64,000 nucleotides of DNA from Kiritimatiellia bacterium (GTDB lineage: Bacteria; Verrucomicrobiota; Kiritimatiellia; RFP12; UBA1067): assembly GCA_050949565.1 (NCBI GenBank), contig JBMNFY010000010.1:160001-224000 (forward strand). Direction: 5' to 3'. This document shows, one piece after another, positions 58,839 through 64,000 of the stretch. Every line of letters begins with the position of its first letter. Position 1 is the first letter of the stretch. A program made the position numbers and the translations under genes. The notes under the pieces were generated by a model. It did not search any database and had not been told where the DNA came from. It was given only the letters and a program-made list of their open reading frames with translations.

Positions 58839-58948
58839 CATGGGCGAGACGCCCATGCCACGGGGTGTGGCACGGGCATCCTGCCCGTGTTTGCCCCATG
58901 GGCGGGACGCCCATGCCACGGGGGTGTGGCACGGGCATCTTGCCCGTG
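58839..58948. repeat. Intergenic REP cluster (4 copies, alternating orientation)
   Basis: REPs at 58839-58861 (-), 58867-58889 (+), 58897-58919 (-), 58926-58948 (+). Confidence 0.9.
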
Positions 58949-60273
58949 TTCTGCGTCATCCCCCGGCACGTTCCAGATTCAACGCCAGAAGCCGTTCGAG
59001 GATCACGTCGTCGGAAAGATCGGCGGGCCAGCCGTAGGCGGCGGCGACGGCGGCATCAAGCCGAGCATGGCAGTCGGCCAGCCATGTCGGACGGGCGTTG
59101 TAGAGCTTTGTAAGGGTGCGCTGCCTGAGTTCTGCGGCTGACGCGCCTTCGGGGTTGAGCCAGCGGTCGCGCTTCACGACAAGGTCACGGGCCGCCTCGG
59201 CGATAGCCTTGGTCTCCACGGGACGCGGAAACGTCTCAAAACTGGTCGTCGGTGTGTAGCGACAACCGCTTGCGGCCTCACGCAACTGCGTTCCTTGGGC
59301 GCGAGCCCACACTTCATGGAAACGGGAATGGAGAATGCCGAAAAAGGCGTCGTCATCACGGGCGAAGACCAGTGTTCCCTGATTACAAAGCACTTCAGGG
59401 GAGACCCAAACAAACAGACGGTGTTTTGATACTCCAGGCGTAGCGATATAGCGCCGCTTGCCTCGCAAGGCGGTACGCATTTCAGGCCGGGGTCTGGCAT
59501 ACTGCCACCACATGCCCCGGTAATCGTCGCGCCGCGTCTCGCGCACAGGCAGAACATTCGCTTTCACGTATTCAAACGGTTTTTCATACTGGGCGGCTTC
59601 CCCTATCGGCATCACTCCAAAGTCAATGGTCCACATTCCGCGCGAGCCTTGGGCTATATCGACCGCACTCACGACCGGGCGCACAACGTCGGCGTTGGGA
59701 CGGCCGTTGGGGTTTCCCTTGTCGGCGAGCATCACTGCGGCGGTTTCAGCATCAATATCAAAGGGCGCTTTGGGTGATGGCCCCATGAAACAGATTCCCC
59801 GATTCTCGGCGAGAATAGCTGCCGTTGTGATGTCGGCGCATGAGGTGAGATTGGCGTTGATCGTGGCGACCAGGTTGCCGTCGAGAATGCGGGACTGCTC
59901 CTCGCCGTCGTCGAAACCGACCATGCTGACGTGGACATTCGCGCCGTCGAGAATCCAGGGGCGGTCGCTCTCGGCCCAGAAGATGTCGCCGGATTCCTTG
60001 ATGCGCTTGAGCACCTCGCGGTTGGCGCCGCCGCGGATGCCCTGGGTGGCGAGTAGTCCGGCGCGCCTGCATTTGCCGACGGCGATGTGGGCACGGGCCT
60101 TCTCGAACCAGTAGCAGCAGAGATCGGCAAACGCCGGCACACGGCCTTCATAAAGAGCGAACAGCTGCTCGACGTAATCGCTCCCAAGCTCCTGCCGGAT
60201 ACGGTTCCCGCCCAGAAACGGCGGGTTGCCGATGATGAAGTCCACGGCGGGCCATTCAGGTTCGCGCACGTTT

Positions 60274-60376
60274 GTGGCACGGGCATCTTGCCCGTGGGGT
60301 GCTGTACTTGTGGCATGGGCATCCTGCCCATGTTGGCTCACGGGCGGGACGCCCGTGCCACGTCCGCCCGTGCCAC
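60274..60376. repeat. Intragenic REP cluster on the 3' side of the RAYT domain
   Basis: REPs at 60274-60296, 60310-60332, 60339-60361 plus a partial copy. Confidence 0.9.
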
Positions 60377-60404
60377 ACTGAACGCTTATGCCACACGCGA
60401 CGCC

Positions 60405-61001
60405 CATCCATTTCCAGTCTGCCAGTCCTGCTTGTGCTGGATTCTTCAGCACGTACTCCACTTGCTTGCGAAAATCTTTTTCATCTCGGATGAGATGGTC
60501 ATAATATTCGGCCTGTCAGAATTCGCCGCTCCGGTTCAGGATTTCGTTCGCCTTCTTGGCCGTGAACGATTTCCACGAGTGCAGGATGTCTGCCACGTTG
60601 TGCCCTGCGGCGGGGCGTAGAACGGCATGCACGTGATTGGGCATCACGCACCAAGCCAGCAAGGTGTAGCGGGGGCCGTCGAAATGGGCGAGGGCGTCGC
60701 GCACGATGCTGGCGATGCGCTCGTCCTTGAGCCAACATGCGCCATAGCCGCTGTCCAGCCACTTCTCCACCTTTTCCGCATACAACACCGCCAGACGTTG
60801 GCGCTCAGACTCGGAAAGGTCGCGTCCCGCTTGGGACGCGGTCTTGACAATGTCCTCTCGCTCCATGATCCACTGCCGCAACACCTCTGACGGCAGAGAA
60901 TCACACAGCCGGAAGACAACGACATAGGTGGCGTTCTCCTGTGTCCAGTGCGGCAGATAGGCACCGTGACGTATATCCACGCGGGCAAAGGGGTTCAGCA
61001 T
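60405..61001 (-). mobile_element. REP-associated tyrosine transposase (RAYT, Y1 HUH) domain embedded in the R-M reading frame
   Basis: YLPHW...YVVVFRLCDSLP; LLAWCVMPNHVHAVL (HUH); SWKSFTAK; F*QAEYYDHLIRDE; EYVLKNPAQAGL (catalytic Tyr). Confidence 0.9.
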
Positions 61002-61020
61002 CGTGGCACGGGCGATGTTT

Positions 61021-61261
61021 GTGGCATGGGCATCCTGCCCATGTTGGCTCACGGGCGAGACGCCCGTGCCACCCGCCGTATTCGTGGCATGGGCATCCTG
61101 CCCATGTTGGACCACGGGCGGGACGCCCGTGCCACCCGCCGTATTCGTGGCATGGGCATCCTGCCCATGTTGGCTCACGGGCGAGACGCCCGTGCCACCC
61201 GCCGTATTCGTGGCATGGGCATCTTGCCCATGATGGCCCACGGGCGAGACGCCCGTGCCAC
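61021..61261. repeat. Intragenic REPIN array, 4 units, 63-bp period
   Basis: Units start at 61021, 61084, 61147 and 61210; translated as GTGVSPVxxHGQDAHATNTAG. Confidence 0.95.
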
Positions 61262-61713
61262 GTTCGCCCGTGCCACGTTCGTCCGCGCCACAGTCGATGA
61301 TCGCGCTCATCAGCCGGATGTTGTCAGAGAGGGGGCGCAGGATCGGATCGGCGGGGAAGCCGAAACCGTTGACGCGGATCCACTGCAGCCAGCCGATCCA
61401 GACGGTCATCTGGGCGAGGCCGTGCGCGTAGGGGTTGATCTCGATGCCGTAGAGCTGCCACGGGCCGACACCGGGCAGGTAGGTGTTCAGGCCGTGTGCG
61501 CTGGGGAAGATGACGGCGGCTTCGAGTTCGAGGTCTTTCAGTCGCAGAAGGGCGACGTAGAGGAAGTTGCCGGAGCCGCAGGCGGGGTCGAGAATCTTCA
61601 CTTCGCGCAGCCGTATCAGGAATTGGTGCAGGATGCTGTCGGCTTCGATCCGCGCCTTTTTAAGGGCGGCGGCACTCAATGGTTTGCGATTAGATGTGGC
61701 GCGGACAATGTTC

Positions 61714-61891
61714 GTGGCATGGGCATCTTGCCCATGATGGACCACGGGCGAGACGCCCGTGGCACCCGCAGCATTCGTGGCATGGGCATCTTGCCCATGA
61801 TGGACCACGGGCGAGACGCCCGTGGCACCCGCAGCATTCGTGGCATGGGCATCCTGCCCATGTTGAACCACGGGCGGGACGCCCGTGCCAC
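61714..61891. repeat. Intragenic REPIN array, 3 units, 63-bp period
   Basis: Units start at 61714, 61777 and 61840; translated as xTGVSPVVHHGQDAHATNAAG. Confidence 0.95.
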
Positions 61892-63020
61892 GTTCGCCCG
61901 CGCCACGCTTCTTTCCGGTAGCCAGCAGGCATTCGATGGTCGCCTTGATCTCTTCCCAGTCGCGCCGCAACGGCGTCATGACCACGGTGTCCACAACCCG
62001 TTCGATGTCCTCGCGTCCGGTGAAATGCGCGCCGAGCTGCGAACGCTTGGCCGGGTCGAGGCCGCGCTCGAAGAGGGTGCCGAAGATGGAGGGATCGACG
62101 GCGCTCCAGTCGAGCGACGAGACGGCGGCAAGCCGTTTGATGTCGTCGGGGGTGAGGCCGGGGACGGTGTGGTCGTCGAAGAGGCTGCCGTTGAAGTGGC
62201 GGATGGCCTCGAGACCGAAATCGCCGCCGGTGGCCATCGCCTCGAAGAGCGAGGTCAGGCTTCTGCCGAACCGCGCGGGGTCTGCGCCGGTCTTCTCCAG
62301 CATCCGGGTAAAGATCATGTCGGGCAGGAGTGCCGAGTCTTCGGCGAAGAGGCAAAAAACGATGCGGTCCAGGAAGTGGGCGACGGTGCCGGGGTCGAGG
62401 CCGCGTTCGCGCATGGCGGCGGCAATCTCGCCGATTCGGGCGGCGGCTTCCTGGGTGACGGCGACGCTGGTGCGGCCGGGGATGAGAGCCTTGGGATTGT
62501 GAAAGACGGCCCGCATGATTTCGATGTTGCGGGGCTCGGCGAGGGCTTCGAGCGGGATTTCGTGGACGTCGGATACGGTGCCGGTGAAGTTGGTGCGCAC
62601 CACGATGCGATCCAGATCGCACAGGACGAGCAGGGGCGGATTCTCCAGCGCATTGCGGTAGCGCAGGAGCTGGTCAAAGGCGGTGTCGAGATCCTTGTGC
62701 TTGCCCTTGTATTCCCAGCCAGCCGAAGAAGCCGCGCTTCCAGACATCGGCGAAGCCGTCGCCCCCGCCGTGCTTGGCGGCACCCTTCTCGAAGCAGAAT
62801 GACTCGCCGGTGGGATCGGCGGCTGCGGGCGTGGGATGGTCAAAGACATGGCAGAGGTCGAGAAAATGCTCTTGCGCGGCGGAGCGTTCCTTTAGCTCCA
62901 CCTTGCGCCACTTGGCAATGAACTCGTGTACAGTCATAGACAACACAATACCACGCGGATAAAGCCGGGAACAAGGCGGATGTGTAAGCTGACCGTTTCT
63001 AGCGTTTCTTGCTCATAAGT

Positions 63021-63131
63021 GTGGCACGGGCATCCTGCCCGTGTTTTGGCACCATGGGCGGGACGCCCATGTCACGTGTTCCGGCATCATGGGCGGGACG
63101 CCCATGCCACGAGGGTTTTCGCAAGAGCCTC
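63021..63131. repeat. Intergenic REP cluster (3 copies) plus one MITE-like terminal repeat
   Basis: REPs at 63021-63043, 63053-63075, 63088-63110, then GGGTTTTCGCAAGAGCCTC. Confidence 0.88.
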
Positions 63132-63151
63132 GTCTGCTAAAAACGGAGGGG

Positions 63152-64000
63152 TTATGGCAGCGCGGCCAAAGCCTGTTGCAGGTTCGGGTAGAACATCCGG
63201 TCACCCGGCAGATCACCCCAACCGGCTCTTCGGACGATATCTCTGACGCCCGCTTTCATGCCGGCGCAAGCGAACTGCACGTTGGCGGCGGCGCAGTCGC
63301 GCATCAGCTCCGTCAACATCGATACGGCCACGCCATCGATATCATTGACGCCGGACATGTCCAGCAGTACCCAGCGCACCTCGGGCTGTTGCGCCAGAAG
63401 TTCCCTGATCCGGTCTTCCACAAATCCGGCATTGGCGAAATAGAGGCTGGCTTCGAAACGCAGGATCAGTAGCCAGGGCTGCGTGACCGCATCCGGATAA
63501 CGCCGGAGGTCGCGAAACTCTTGCTCTCCGACCCGTCCCAGAATCGACATCCCCGGGCGAGCACTGCGCAGGACGAACAGCATGAGCGAAAAAGCGATAC
63601 CGGCTAGCAGTCCTCTGTCCATCCCAAAGCCCAGTGTCACCAGAAAGGTCACCACGAAGCTCCAGCCGTCGGCCTGCTTGATTTTAAAGAGGTACCGCGC
63701 TTCCTTGAAATCGATCAAGCCGATCACCGCCACCAGAATGATTGCCGCCAATACCGCATTGGGCAGATGGGTGAACAATGGCGTCAAGAACAGCAGCGTC
63801 AACAAGACTAGCGCGGCCGTGAAGACCGACGCCAGCGGTGTGCGTGCGCCGGCCTGATAGTTCACCGCAGTGCGGGAAAAACCGCCTGCGACCGGGTAGC
63901 CGGAAAACAGGCCGCCTGCCACATTGGCCAATCCCAGTCCAAGCATTTCACGGTTGGCGTCGATGCGATATTTCTCGCGGGTGGCGATCCACTTCGCCAC
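63152..64000 (-). CDS. SulP/SLC26 anion transporter with STAS domain (5' part outside the window)
   Basis: DANREMLGLGLAN, GGFSRTAVN, LPNAVLAAII, STAS LYFANA...LLDMSGVNDID. Confidence 0.94.
   Translation of the reverse strand: MAKWIATREKYRIDANREMLGLGLANVAGGLFSGYPVAGGFSRTAVNYQAGARTPLASVFTAALVLLTLLFLTPLFTHLPNAVLAAIILVAVIGLIDFKEARYLFKIKQADGWSFVVTFLVTLGFGMDRGLLAGIAFSLMLFVLRSARPGMSILGRVGEQEFRDLRRYPDAVTQPWLLILRFEASLYFANAGFVEDRIRELLAQQPEVRWVLLDMSGVNDIDGVAVSMLTELMRDCAAANVQFACAGMKAGVRDIVRRAGWGDLPGDRMFYPNLQQALAALP

Larger units (their letters stand above)
58956..62937 (-). pseudogene. MmeI-like (type IIL/IIG) restriction-modification gene with in-frame RAYT and REPIN insertions; disrupted by a 4-nt duplication (about 62715) and an in-frame TGA (60516-60518)
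   Basis: MTVHEFIAKW...FADVWKRGFFGW/EYKGK nuclease region; SIFGTLFERGLDP...GAHFT; motif I ILDPACGSGNFL; motif IV IIGNPPFLG; TRD; C-terminal RTLTKLYN...LDAAVAAAYGW. Confidence 0.88.

Noticed and set aside
60516-60518. Selenocysteine or alternative genetic code (TGA=Trp)
   Set aside because: The position is a conserved Trp, not Cys, and many genes here (ptsH, ptsI, hisC) end in TGA as a normal stop.
61021-61891. CRISPR array
   Set aside because: Alternating inverted palindromes with 6-11 bp linkers match REP/REPIN structure, not repeat-spacer structure.
1-64000. tRNA, rRNA or prophage genes
   Set aside because: None recognisable by eye.

Overview
GC-rich bacterial chromosomal window. The gene content (PATR beta-helix proteins, many secreted glycoside hydrolases, Tat oxidoreductases, HydE, rubredoxin) suggests an anaerobic PVC-group organism, possibly Kiritimatiellae; this is inference. 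Housekeeping genes (hpf-hprK-ptsH-ptsI, hisC, carboxy(nor)spermidine dehydrogenase, mgtE, purF, nif3-like, hydE, dnaE, sulP) are mixed with secreted CAZymes, two giant PATR-repeat proteins, an IS91-like element and an IS30 element. Three signals stand out. (1) A GTGG-type REP/REPIN family is scattered through the window. A RAYT (Y1 HUH) transposase and 63-bp REPIN arrays sit in frame inside an MmeI-like restriction-modification gene (58956-62937). (2) An IS91-like Y2 transposase is bounded by a shared GGTTACCC octamer. Its downstream end carries a near-consensus outward promoter, a base-paired segment with complementarity to the junction sequence, and four identical 69-bp copies, all directly upstream of a giant adhesin-like gene. 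(3) Both barrel-less PATR proteins end in a shared G-T-hydrophobic-R C-terminal motif. Also notable: an EIIA-MgtE fusion, a HIRAN/ARPP-1-like fusion, a stand-alone secreted Cys-Pro-rich peptide, and PurF lacking Cys1. All family assignments come from motif recognition by eye; no database searches were run.
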